Origin: Stegostoma tigrinum
Lineage: Eukaryota
Direction: 5' to 3'
Assembly (NCBI RefSeq): GCF_030684315.1
Contig: NC_081396.1
Location: 3,658,001-3,722,000 of the forward strand
DNA: 64,000 bases
How positions within the stretch are numbered: position 1 is the stretch's first letter; the number at the start of each line of letters is the position of its first letter. Position numbers and translations under genes: made by a program. Shown in pieces: positions 25,900-37,959 of the stretch. The notes under the pieces were generated by a model. The model was not told the origin of the DNA, did not search any database, and saw only the letters and a list, made by a program, of their open reading frames with translations.

Positions 25900-26330
25900 T
25901 CACAGAGTCGTAGATATATACAGTTTGGGAACAGACACTTCGTTTAAACACGTCCATTGTGAACAGATATCCAAAATAATCTGACAACTTTTGCCAGCAT
26001 TTGCTAAATTTCCCTCTCAAGCCTTCCAGTTCTTGTACACATCCAGATAACTTTTTAATGTTGTAATTTTACTCCACCAGTTCCTCTGGCACGTCACGTG
26101 GTTCACATGTCTTCCTTTGCATGTCCCCTGCTCAATCTTGGCCTTCTCAACTTAAACCTTTGTCCTCTAAGCTTTGGACTCCCATATCCCAACGAAAACA
26201 CATTGGCTGTTCACTATGTCCATATTCCTCACAATTTTCTAAACTTCTGTCAGGACTCTAGTCGTCGACTCTCCAGGGAAATTAATCTCATCATATTCAG
26301 CCTTTCTCTGTAATTTAAATCATCCTCTCG
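25900..26330 (-). mobile_element. CR1-type LINE 3' end
   Basis: Tail cacagagtcgtaga.. and 3' UTR-like sequence shared with the copy at ~30150. Confidence 0.55.
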
Positions 26331-26641
26331 TTTCGAGTGGAATGAATCATTCAGACAAGGGAGGAATTGGAGCTTAGTGCTTGAGGGTCATGTTGAAGCT
26401 GCAACCCGAACAATATCAGAAGCTTTGAGTTAAATACTTGCATTGTCAAATCAACAAGGCAATCGATCCTGTGTTAGTAAATTGTATCAGAATAGTTGTG
26501 TAGTTTTCTTAGATTGGCATTTAATAGATGAGATGAAGGTCATCTCTCTTGTGCATTTGTGATTCTGCAAAAAGTGCAAAGAATCATGCCCTATTCACAT
26601 AAAGCACACACATCTGTTTACCTGGTTTCCACAACACTTAC

Positions 26642-26938
26642 ATGGCATTCCAGTGCTTGTGTCGGATCCGCTGTGTCGAACCTCACAGATAATTTTTTCG
26701 CATTCTGCCTCTGTTTCAGTGAGCACTAACTGACTGCTCAGGGTGTAAGTTCCCTTCTTGTTTCTCACCGATGGATATGTCATAACTCCAGTCGGAACTG
26801 GCTCCCCACCTTTCTTCCAGGTCACTTTGGTGGTGTCAGGAGAATAGTCCATCGCCAAACACCCAAAAATAACAGAACCGTCAGTGCTGTGGTGCTCACA
26901 GGAGGCTAGACCATAAAGTATCGGGGAAGACGGTGTCA
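26642..26938 (-). CDS. IGHM: Cmu1 exon
   Basis: ORF 26595..26939 ([28 protein letters not shown]); CCCAG| acceptor, T|GTAAG donor, 297 nt, phase 1/1. Confidence 0.95.
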
Positions 26939-26979
26939 CTGGGAAAGAATGCCAGATTAAGCAAGTTAGACTCTGTTAA

Positions 26980-27285
26980 TTCATAGAATCCTCACAGTGT
27001 GCGAACAGACCATTCAATCCAACACGTCTACACTGCCAGTCGGCAGGGCATCCTATCCAGAACCATTTCCATCCCCGAAAATCCGGAAGTTCACATGCCT
27101 AATCCACCAACTGTGCATCCCTCTGGGCATTGTGGGCAATTTTGAATGGTCATTCTAGCTCACCTGGACATCTTTGGACTGTGGGAGGGAATGGGAAAAC
27201 CCTTTAGAAACATACGCAGATACGCTCAGAATGTGCAAATCCTGCACTGACAATTATCCGAGGTTGAAAGCGATCCCGGTTCTGA
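26980..27285 (-). mobile_element. Shark tRNA-derived SINE (HE1-like)
   Basis: gactgtgggagg..aatgtgcaaa..gatcccgg body with a LINE-like tail; related copy at ~50100-50400. Confidence 0.6.
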
Positions 27286-27500
27286 TAGTGACGTAAAATC
27301 AGCTTATTTTTATTTCATGTTATTTGTTGATCTGTTATTTCGATCTCCAGAAACACGCCTTATACCTTGACCATTATGTTATCCATAAGGAATAAGAACA
27401 CTCCAATCTCATCACAATTCAGTTTTGCAAGATTTTGCCAATTAGAAAATTGAAATTCATTTGGATTACAAGTGAATAGAGGAGACGTTAAACGAATTAA

Positions 27501-27636
27501 NNNNNNNNNNNNNNNNNNNNNNNNNNNNNNNNNNNNNNNNNNNNNNNNNNNNNNNNNNNNNNNNNNNNNNNNNNNNNNNNNNNNNNNNNNNNNNNNNNNN
27601 NNNNNNNNNNNNNNNNNNNNNNNNNNNNNNNNNNNN
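27501..27636. other. Assembly gap (136 N) in the JH-Cmu1 intron
   Basis: Run of N. Confidence 1.
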
Positions 27637-28049
27637 AGTGAGAGGGTCACAGAGACAGACAGATTTTCATGGTTCATTTACCAGGTCTACATTTCTCAAT
27701 CAAGAAACTTGTGTGAATGATCAATTGCCTTGTCCTTTCGATGATTGCTCTTGTGGAAGGAAGTTCACTGGAATTGATCATCTCATACTACCTCAGATTC
27801 GCCATGCGCCCCAAGAATTTTAAAGTGACTGTGCTTCAGAAGTAACTGTGTAAGTCGTACTTACAGTATTATAATAAAACAGTCATAAAAAAAGATGATG
27901 GAGGAATATGAAGCGTCTTTTATGACTTGCTGGGTTGCGAGACTTGGAAGGAACCCTTTCCGACTGATCCCTGCCTGACATGATATAAATTTGATGTGTC
28001 TGAAAGGATATTTGTTCTTTGCCAGCCAATAAATTTCAATTTTTTCAAC

Positions 28050-29280
28050 TTTAAAGTTAAGTTCCCAGGGCGGTGGCCAACATTAGAGCAACGTTTCCAG
28101 GACAGTGGTCAACACTGACTTGTGAGTCCATGAATTGCCTTGAATTGAGAAACGAAATGGGTTAGGCAGGGCCCTTCTTGTTGTTTGATGCTGCCATGAC
28201 ACAGAATCTTGACTGATAATTCAATGTTCTTCCTATTTGAAAACCAGTTGGAAGACATAGATAATATAATGTTTGCAGTGGCTGCCCTCATGGGAGAGAC
28301 TTTAATGTGCATCACAATACAAGTAATGAAAGGCAAATTGCTGCCCAGTGTGAAACAAAATGTGGTCCACACATTCGTTGTTAATATTTGTACCTGTGAT
28401 TCGAAACTGCTGTCAACAGAAGCTATCTTTGCCCTTTGCTAATTATCGATGGGGATGTGTGTGCCGTTGCATTCTTCCAACTTTATTGACCTTACAAAGC
28501 ACATATTTACAGTTATGCTTGGACGGGAGTGGTAGGCCCAGAAATAACGTGAAAAAGCGGTAATATCGTTCAGCAGAGAGATCAACTGCAATTGGTTGCG
28601 TTGTCTTTAATTTGCTGCCCCGTCCTTCTTAGTGGGAGAGGTCCTGGGCTCGAAATTTGCATGGGGATGGATTCTGGCCGTGTTTCGAGAGTTGAACCAG
28701 CAGAGAACCAACAACGGTCCCACTGCAATTGAAGTCAAGGAGTGAATATTGCATTTGATAAATGGGATGCCAAACAAGTGCATTCCTTCGTGCTGAATGG
28801 TGCAAAGCTTCTTCAGCGCGACTGAAGTTTCACTCATCCAGAAAAGTGGATACTGTCCCATCACACTTCTGTCTCGTGCCTTCTTGGTGAGTGGGCGTTT
28901 GGGGATAGCAGATAAATTCCTTGCCGAAAATGTCTGGCCTCAGACCTATTCTTGGTACCATATCATTTGCATCATAAATCATATTCATTTTTATTTCAAA
29001 TGACAGCCCACAGCATGTTGATGATGTGGGATTCATCAATGATAATAACATTACCAAGATAAATATTTGAAGTCAGTCTTCTGAGAGATGGAATATATTG
29101 GGCACAAATGCGTTTTGAAACTTATTTTCCATTGTGAATGCAAGTCAGAATATTTTTTCTCAGACGAAGTTCATTGCAGCAGTGCCAAAAGAATCAGAGG
29201 ACACGAGCTGTGAGTATCTATGTCACATTTGACCTCATGCCAATTATCTGGAAGCTTCAACTGATAACGGGCAATTATCT
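28050..29280 (-). mobile_element. Decayed CR1/L2-group LINE
   Basis: Reverse-complement similarity to the RT copies at 48440-49690 and 56800-59300. Confidence 0.6.
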
Positions 29281-30149
29281 GAATGCTGGAGGCCTCTGCA
29301 AATAAGCGCTCCTCCATTGAGAATCAGAGACTTTGGTGAACTATGGTCAGCTACAAATTCTGCAGGAACGATTCAAAAAATTAACATATGCGCTTTAACG
29401 AACAAATTGACACCAAATTCACTGCAAAACTCTAATTTCTCAGTCTGACCTCCACTCCCTCTCATTCTGTCCTGAACCTACACTGACGTTGATAACCCCG
29501 ACACTGTCACATAGCCATTCACTCTGGAGTGCTTGAGCGCATTCACACAATGCTACACATTCCAAGATAATCATTTACTCAGCTGGAGATGTACTCTCGA
29601 TTCCTTACAATCCATTCCCCTTCTGCCAATCTGCACATGGCCCATTTATATCTGGCCCTGACAGTACCTGTCACTATCGTGGGGATCCAACTCCCCAACA
29701 CATGAGTTTAAGGCCTTGATCATTGAACACTCATCTCACCGAATCAAGCTGCAAACATTGCATCCCACCTCTCTTCTCATCCGTTGTTTACTACCTGCCA
29801 CTTTGCTAAACTGTGAGCTTTACATTGTGCATGATGCCCTCCTGCCAATTCATTGCTGTGATCACCTCCCACCCAAAACAGTCCCGCATACTGCTGACCT
29901 GTCAACTAGCCAGTCTGGCACTTGAGGCACCGACAATATTTCCACTAAAACTACCCCTCACTTTACAAGTACCACTCAGCCAAGCTGGTTCCTCGGAACC
30001 ATAGTCATCTGCCTGGATTCTAAACTGCCCAGCTACATGCATGCCAGCTCATGCAGCAGCCACCCAACACATCAAAGCCGACCAGCTCACACTCTTTCCC
30101 CTCACTGTCTCACCACCTGAGAACATCAGGCATGCTCCATAATGTGGCC

Positions 30150-31260
30150 ACAGAGTTATAGAGTCATGCAGTGTAGAAAACGCCCCTTCAGTCCAAATCA
30201 CCAAGGCCGACAGCATTCACAAATTAAAGTAAACCCATTTGCCGACATTTGGTGCAAGTGTCTCCAAAGCTGTTCGTGTACTTGCCGAAATGTCTTTTCA
30301 ATGTGATAGCTGTACCTGCATCTACTACTTCCTCTGCCAGTTCATTCCACACACCTACCACCCTCTGTTTGAAAAAGTTCCCCACGGGTCCCGTTTAAAG
30401 CTATCTCTGTTAACTTAAAACTATGGCATTTAGTTTTGATCTCCTCTGCAATGGAAAGAAAGAGTAACCTTTGCTATTCCCCTTTTCTATTTCCCTCATG
30501 ATTATACAAACCTTTATAAAGCCACATATACCCTTTTATAAATCTTCTAAAGTCACGAAATTCAAAGAAACATCCAAAGCAAACAAGCACTTTCCATCTC
30601 TCAAAACCTCAAGTCTCAGTTACATCCGGCAAATATTTTCTGTACTCTTTCTCAATTCCCAAGATTATTCATGCAGCAGGGCAACAAAACCTAAACACTG
30701 TACTCCAAAAGTGGCCTCATTAATGTCGGGATAATAAAATGTGAGCTGGATGAACACAGCAGGCCCAGCAGCATCTCAGGAGCACAAAAGCTGACGTTTC
30801 GGGCTTCGACCTTTCATCTCTGCTGTGTTCATCCAGCCTCACATTTTATTATCTTAGATTCTCCAGCATCTGCAGTTCCCATTATCACTCATTAATGTCG
30901 GGTACAGCCAATTGACTGTTGATTCTTATACTCAACGCTCGAACCAATGAACAAAAGCATGCCAAAAGCCTTCATCACTACTCTATCCGTGATACCTCTT
31001 GCAAGGAACGATGTACCTGATCCCGAACGTCCCTCTGTTTGACAACAATCCCCAGTGCCCGACAAGGAACTGTGTAATTCATGCGCTGGTTTGCCTCATC
31101 AAAATACAATACCACTCATTCATCTCAGTTGGACTCTATCTGTCACTCCTCAGCCAATTGATCCTGCTGATCAAGATCCCTTTGAACATTTAAAAAAAGC
31201 TCTTCATCGACCACGTTATGACCCATTTTGTTGACATCACAAACTTGCTAAACATTCATT
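30150..31260 (-). mobile_element. CR1-type LINE 3' portion, interrupted by a Penelope fragment
   Basis: Tail agagttatagagtcat and RT C-terminal remnants. Confidence 0.65.
30731..30887. mobile_element. Penelope-like fragment with partial inversion and 15-bp TSD
   Basis: TSD CTCATTAATGTCGGG at 30716-30 and 30888-902; internal inverted segment; truncated hammerhead core on the minus strand (..GATGA-aaggtcgaagccc-GAAACGTC). Confidence 0.85.
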
Positions 31261-34200
31261 GTTTTCAAGTTTCAAGGCCGAATATTGTGTCTTGTTCATA
31301 TTTTCCCTCATAACCACGCTTTCCTTTAACAATTTTTTGAAAAAAAATCATGTTTTAGCCTCAATCACTTCCTTTGGCAGAATATTCAAGAGGTTCCCCA
31401 CGCTCCAGGTGAACAGTAAACAAATGAGTAAAATTTTATGGGGTGTTAGGAAGACTGTTGCACTCAAGAAATATCATGATCTCATGAATGGACAAACATT
31501 CTTAATGTGCCAAGAGACCTTCATCGGCCTCTAATCAGTATCCTCACATTTTCTCTCGGCAGCACGTCCCAAAACTGTTGACGTTGAGGACACCGGACGG
31601 ACAGGAAAGCAAGTGCTTCACTTGAAACTTCACCTCCAAATCACAGTTGGTTTCACTTGCAAATATTTCTCTGTCCCTTTCCTATTTCAGGACCACAATT
31701 ATTAAAATCACTTTCTAACAGCACTGTAGACCTACAAATGCCACTTGAATCGTAGCAATTCAAGTCGGCTGGTGCTGACAAAGTTCGCAAGGAGATGTAA
31801 GAGTTCTGACACTTCCAGGTAAGTCTAGAGACACAAATAACTATTCGACGGATTGAAATATATTTGAGGGACTTGTTGAGTGCCCATTCAGGGATCACGT
31901 GCCAAACAGCATCCTTCTGTGTTAATCCGCTATGTTTTCACTGAATTAACAGAACTGTCTCTACATTATTTAATGGAAATGAAGGTTTCCTCATTTTAAA
32001 CATTGTAACCATATGTTAATATTGCCTGGAATAACGAAATATAGTGTTTCATTAAAATGGTCTGACGAACTTGATTGTGCTGTTGGAACTGGAAATTGTC
32101 AGAGATTTAAAGTTGATTCTCATCATACTATTTGTCCTGAAACCACGGCTGCAGATTGGTTACTCACTTTCAATGATTATCTGATACTAAATATCACTGA
32201 ACATTCTTAATTTACTATAACACATTTTCTCGATGAACATCTGAAGTTGTTCCACTGACCTCGAGCATGTTTTTACCGAAAAATCAAAACAAACTGAATG
32301 CGAGAAGCCTGAAATAAAACCACAAATTACTGAAGAATCTCAGCCGGTCTGACAAATTCAGAGGAGAGAAAATGCAAAGATAATTTTTCGAGCACTCTTT
32401 AGCAAATTATGTTCATGTTTCCTAGTATGGGAACAAACATCAATTCAGTTCGGCTTTGAGTAAGTTTGTTTGGCTTCTGCTGGAAAACGGATGCTTCCGA
32501 GACGTAATGGACGAACTGAGGTATAAACGAAAGGTTGTCTGAAAATCTGCCACCATTTGCTCTCAGTGTTGGATTCAGCGGAAAATTCATCCTCCTGAAC
32601 AGTCAAACTATTCTGATTAGGTACTTTGTTGGTTTGATAAAAAATAAAACAGGCTCAACATTGTCACCTCAAGTATTCTTTGGGGTCTTTTCATACGAGG
32701 ATTTTTAAATTAATATTATTGATAGATGATTAAGTCAACAACTGGAATTTCTGTTGGGAGTAACTGAATTAACCCCACTCGTATCACCCAAATCCCAAGA
32801 GCAAATATTGCTTTTATTTAAATTAAATCGATCTCCCCCAACACCCCACCCAATCCCAGCTGCTGTTAAGACAGGTTTGGAATCAGGACTCTATTTCTGA
32901 AATTCTGAAAACACCGACAGAAATTACAGTGTTTTTTATTCTCCGATTTAACCCATTCAGCGGTGGTATTATGTACCTCTGTAACAGATTGGAATTGAAC
33001 ACGGGCCACATATCTCAAATTCAGGGTCACCACCACTGCACTGCAAGAGACCAGAATATAAAAGCTCGACACTATCTCGGACAATAGAGCCCAATTGTTT
33101 GACAGTACATAAACAATGTTATCTATTAACTCCTTTCAGCAACCAGGCATAGTTATAGAGTCTTTTCACGAATTTCAAAAATTATTCTAACGCTCTTTGA
33201 TAGTCCTTCTGAATTAGACAATTTCGACAAGAACTACTGGAATAAAACTGAAATAAACTGGAATTGCATTTCGATCAATACAGTGTCACTAGATTTTAAC
33301 CTTGGGGAAGTCCCTTTCCAACAGAATCATGGGTGTTACTGCACCAGACTATCCGCTATAACTTAATAAAGAAAAATATTTTGAAGTGTACTTTTATCGT
33401 TAACAGTCGCACGAACAGCCCACGATAGCTACTCCAAGAAGAAGATGCAAAATAAATTCTGATTCTACGTTGTGCCACCTAACTTGTCACGGAAAGCTGA
33501 GTGAGGAATAAAATTTACAACACGCTATTTCCACTGCCTCACTCAATCAATCATTTCACTCAATCAAAAAGCTCCCAAGACAGACACATTATTGCTAAAA
33601 ATCGATTTCAAAAATCCTGCAGTAATTTCTGAATTATTTGCTCTGATTTTAGCGATTTGGTCAGGGTTTTCATTTCTGAGGCGCCAATCAAATGTTATTT
33701 TACCGGCAGATCAAAGCATTTTTGAAGCAATAGATGAAATTCAACTGCTTCAAATACAGCAGACTGAACCAGACAATTTACAACGTTCAAGACCACAGAT
33801 TCACTGTAATTTAACTTTCATAAAACAAACTAGTCAGAGGTAAGCAAAAATGTCAATGGGAATACATTCAAATAGACCAGAGAATACATTCTCCTTTAAT
33901 AAACTTCATAAATCATCATGATAAACCAAATTTTGAGGTGAGAAATTTCACTAATTTAAGCAAAGCTCAAGAGGAAATAGATAATGTTCGAAATTAATTT
34001 TACGTATTCTTAAAAGATTTCTTTAAATTTGGAGATTTTGCACGCACTGTACAAAATCAATTTGCACAATATTGTGGAAAACAATTTCTGTTGAATAACT
34101 TAAGGTAAATATTTCCTGTCAGGGTTGCTTTGCAACGGATATTTAGTTTTCTTATGAACTGATTTGCAATGAATGATAAGTCTTTAACATGTATGAATTT

Positions 34201-35829
34201 AGAATATGTTTCTGCCGGGAGTTGCCTACTTTACCTGATGTCAAAATAAATGATCATCACACTTAACTAATATGAACAATATTCTTCAGATGGCTAAGTT
34301 GCATCAGTTGGTCAAGTATATTCATTGAAGTAAATATTACTCAATTGTATTGCTTGAAATATACAATGTGTTCTAATCCACTGCAGTTAATTCTTCTGCA
34401 AAATGGTAAACTCTTCAGATGCCCCAACGCATTGATATATAACACATTCTCTGCATTTGCAGCAAGTGTTCACAAGATGAGTTCATGCTTGGACAATTTT
34501 AATTTATACGAACTCTAACCTTGGCCACATAATCCCTGACATCAGTTGTGTCCAAACGAGTGACTTTTGAGTTGATGTGACGTTGTAAAACGAAACTCTA
34601 CATATTTACACAACCTGAATTGGGAAAACATAGAACACCGTGCCAATTATTTCGCTCAGTTAAAATTTGTTTTTATTCCCACAAACATAGCTTAATCAGG
34701 GATATAACAATTAATTAAAACAAGTTGTTTGTGAAATGATCAAAATAGTGAATTAGATCTGTTCTTCATCCAAGGGTTGGGAAGAATTAATGATTAGCCT
34801 TTGCCAATTAACTTTCCCAGCCATAAAATCTTGCTTGTAATATATGGCGGAATTGAAAGATGATTGTTGATCAACTTTATGGCATTTTTGCTCAACATCA
34901 AGAATGAATAGAACAGTATATTATTGAAATTCTGTTCGTCTTTCTCTGTGACTTCTAAACTATGCAAGGAAAGATCTTACGAATTAAACAGCTGATTGCA
35001 AAGCATGGAATAGGTTAAACTGCAACTATTACATATCAGTAAAAAGTGTTCCACAGGTTATCTGTTTTTCCTCAATTTCCAAACCTTTGCCATCTGCCTT
35101 TCACCTAATATTTGGCTTCAGGAAATTTCAACTCAAATGCGGATTGCATTAGATTGGGAAACTGGAGAGTTCCATTTCGACAACCATGTAAACAATGCGA
35201 ATTTGATGTAGAAATCAGAAATCGCTTCACAAATATTACGACTTTGATGCCCCCAAGCATTTTCTCTTTTCAATAGAAGAAAAATAGCCAAATCACAACA
35301 TTAAGGGAGAGGCGTGTGTTTGCAGCAGAAATAGCTCCGCAGGCATTTTCAGCAGAACTGTAACATCACAGAAGAAATCTCAAATTGGGATCCATAAAAG
35401 CTGCTCACCATTAACCAGCTAATCATTAATTTATATACAAATAAGAAGCCAGAGCAGCAGCCTTGATTGCAAGGTGACTTGTGTAACAATACATAAAGCA
35501 AAACACATTTTTAAAATAAAATTTGAACTGTATTTCAATTTATTTAAACCTGTTTATCAAGTCTGTCATGTAAATTGTGAGCACTGCGCAGCAGAGCAGC
35601 TAGATTCATCTATCGATTCATGACTTGAATGTCAAAACAAGATTAGTTTAATGAACGCATATTAGCACATTTTCATTGTGCATTATATTAACGTTATTCT
35701 CAGTTGTGAACGTTGATCAATTCGTCATTTTAAGATGTAAGTTCCAGATTGCATTTATCTGAGGCTAGTAAGAACAGATTTTACTTATTTTACATTTAGA
35801 CTGATTTAAAATAATCAATACACTAAAAT

Positions 35830-36055
35830 ATCGAGGTGTCGAGCAGGATGAACACAGCAGGCGAAGAAGCATCATAGGAGCAGTACCGCTGATGTTACGG
35901 GCCAAGACCCTTCTTCAGAAATTTGAAGAAGGGTTCAGGCCAGAAACATCCGCTTTCCTGCTCCTATGATGCTGCTTGGCCTACTGTGTTTATCCAGCTC
36001 TGCACCTTGTTATCTCAGATTGCCCAGTATCTGCAGATCCTACTATCTCTGACTG
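35830..36055. mobile_element. Penelope-like inverted terminal-repeat pair in the JH-Cmu intron
   Basis: ~90-bp arms centred on ttcttcagaaatttgaagaa; possible CACTAAA TSD; two mutated hammerhead cores. Confidence 0.8.
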
Positions 36056-36350
36056 CACTAAATGTTGTTTTTATATGCCTTGAACCTTCCGTTTGTCTAT
36101 GTTAAGTCTGTTTTCAGACAGTTGCAAATGGATATAATGATTTCAATCAACCAATGGCGCCAAATAAGTTCAACAAAAGCAGAAAAGATGCAGGAAAAGC
36201 AAAGAACTTCGCAAATTTTAGTAATTAAATGTAATCCAAGTGGACAACATTATCAACAGGGAAATAAAGAAAGCACCAATTACAGAAAATCATGAAACCC
36301 ATTTAAAACCCAGCTCTATTCCACAAAGTTACTGAAAATCCCAACTACTC

Positions 36351-36540
36351 AATTCAACAGAGTCAAGTAAAACAGAATCAGAATTCAACATACTCAAAAC
36401 AACAAATTCAACTGAAAGAGAAACAGAATGCAATCAAATTAATTCAACAAAATCGAATAAAACAAATTCAGAATCTGAACAACTCAAGTCAAAAGAATAA
36501 AGTAAAACAAACTCAGAATACAATCAGCTGAAATCAACTG
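36351..36540. repeat. Degenerate 45-bp minisatellite, 4 full units plus a partial
   Basis: Units start at 36351, 36396, 36441, 36486 and 36531; units 1 and 2 align ungapped at ~70%. Confidence 0.8.
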
Positions 36541-37081
36541 ACTGAAATTATTGACAATCATTTTAGTTGTTCAAACCTATCAACTCAAATCAACAGAATG
36601 AAATGTCAAGAGAGAATCTAACGTGTTTATCATCAAGAAAATTAACATTATAAACCACAAAGTACAAGCACAACACAAATATCACATGTAGGAGAAATAT
36701 ATTGAAGAAATTGACAATAATGTTTTCGCACATTTTGTCAATGTTTGTTTTTGAACATTTTTAAATTCGTAAAGCTTGTTCTCACTGGCATTAATCATTG
36801 TTTAAACGTTGTATTGTTTAAGGCACTTTTTTTTCAATTACCCCAGCTAAACACTATTGCCATCTGATAAAAATGAGAGAACCGCCGAAGAACTGAATCA
36901 CTCACCAGCACTTTGTTTATTTGCCTGGACTTAAATGAATTTTATAATTACGATGGAGAAAATACAATTGGAACAAAACTAAACTCAGGACAGAATCCGT
37001 GTATCATTTGAATCATGAATTAATCAAATGAATAGACAGTTAACAAACATAACGGTTGATAGGAACATTCAGGTTTCTTAC

Positions 37082-37129
37082 CTGAAGTCACAGTCACCAT
37101 GGTTCCTTGTCCCCAGTAATCGAAGTAGT
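37082..37129 (-). CDS. IGHJ: JH segment (YFDYWGQGTMVTVTS)
   Basis: WGxG motif, phase-1 donor CAG|GTAAG, adjacent 23-RSS. Confidence 0.97.
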
Positions 37130-37168
37130 CACAATGTTACATTCCATGGACTGGGTCACACAGTAACT
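37130..37168 (+). promoter_or_regulatory. JH 5' 23-RSS
   Basis: CACAATG, 23-nt spacer, ACAGTAACT. Confidence 0.85.
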
Positions 37169-37495
37169 GTCTCTGCACAAAACAAGCAAAAACTGTCATT
37201 ATTTTAAATCATCATAACTTGAGGCAAAATAAAATAACAACAAATCTTCATTACGTTATAATTGTGCAAATGGAGTCTGCTCATTCTTGATAACAGATTC
37301 TAATATTGTACACTCCTAAGAATAACACATGAAGTGATTGTCAATATCACCAACTAATTATCAATAATTATCGCCGTTTTTAGAAATTCAGCCGTGGTAT
37401 TCGGTAATATCCCACAGAACTGATACTGAACTGAACATTCAGATAGTTTGTAAAAAGTAATTACTGACCCAGTTCCTAACAATGAGAGATGAACT

Positions 37496-37523
37496 TGTTT
37501 ATGTATTGATCATATTGGCTGTG
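37496..37523 (-). promoter_or_regulatory. D2 3' 12-RSS
   Basis: CACAGCC, 12-nt spacer, ACATAAACA. Confidence 0.8.
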
Positions 37524-37537
37524 CTACCCCAGTAGGT
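37524..37537 (-). CDS. Diversity segment D2 (ACCTACTGGGGTAG)
   Basis: Flanked by a 12-RSS on both sides: CACTGTG-12-TCAAATACT (37538-37565) and CACAGCC-12-ACATAAACA (37523-37496). Confidence 0.88.
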
Positions 37538-37565
37538 CACTGTGAGATGCATGATATCAAATACT
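37538..37565 (+). promoter_or_regulatory. D2 5' 12-RSS
   Basis: CACTGTG-agatgcatgata-TCAAATACT. Confidence 0.82.
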
Positions 37566-37879
37566 ATGGTGGGCTGTATACCATAAAATGCAGATACCCA
37601 TGTTCACTGAATCCTAAATAAAAAGAACTGGTTCAGGCTCCTCTAAAAATGATGCAGTGCAAAAGTTTAGATTTTACTTCCCATTGTATTTTTAAAGGTG
37701 CTTGCAATATAATTTCATGTTTGGTGTACGTTTAACGTGTTGGTCTGTCGGAAGAAAGTAGAAGAATTCTGTTCATTCATACAAATGAGCTTTACTGGTC
37801 TGCATTTTAATTAAGTCTGATATTATTTGTCCCTCCTGCTATGGTCGTAGTCGCCAATTTGAACGAAACACTTGCCAGT

Positions 37880-37917
37880 GGTTTCTGAACGACGATGCCA
37901 TTGTTCACATCACTGTG
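37880..37917 (-). promoter_or_regulatory. D1 3' 22(23-type)-RSS
   Basis: CACAGTG, 22-nt spacer, TCAGAAACC. Confidence 0.88.
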
Positions 37918-37931
37918 ACCCACTGTCGTAT
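37918..37931 (-). CDS. Diversity segment D1 (ATACGACAGTGGGT), open in all three frames
   Basis: Flanked by 5' 12-RSS (CACAGTG 37932-38, 12 nt, ACAGAAGCT 37951-59) and 3' 22-RSS (CACAGTG 37917-11, 22 nt, TCAGAAACC 37888-80). Confidence 0.92.
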
Positions 37932-37959
37932 CACAGTGATGTAAACCTGCACAGAAGCT
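37932..37959 (+). promoter_or_regulatory. D1 5' 12-RSS
   Basis: CACAGTG-atgtaaacctgc-ACAGAAGCT. Confidence 0.88.

Noticed and set aside
36351-36540. CRISPR-like interpretation of the periodic repeat
   Set aside because: Vertebrate DNA; whole units are degenerate with no invariant repeat/unique spacer structure.
37369-37440. Possible third D segment (agccgtg-gtattcggtaatatcc-cacagaa) between D2 and JH
   Set aside because: Both heptamers are weak and no credible nonamer lies at 12 or 22/23 spacing on either side.
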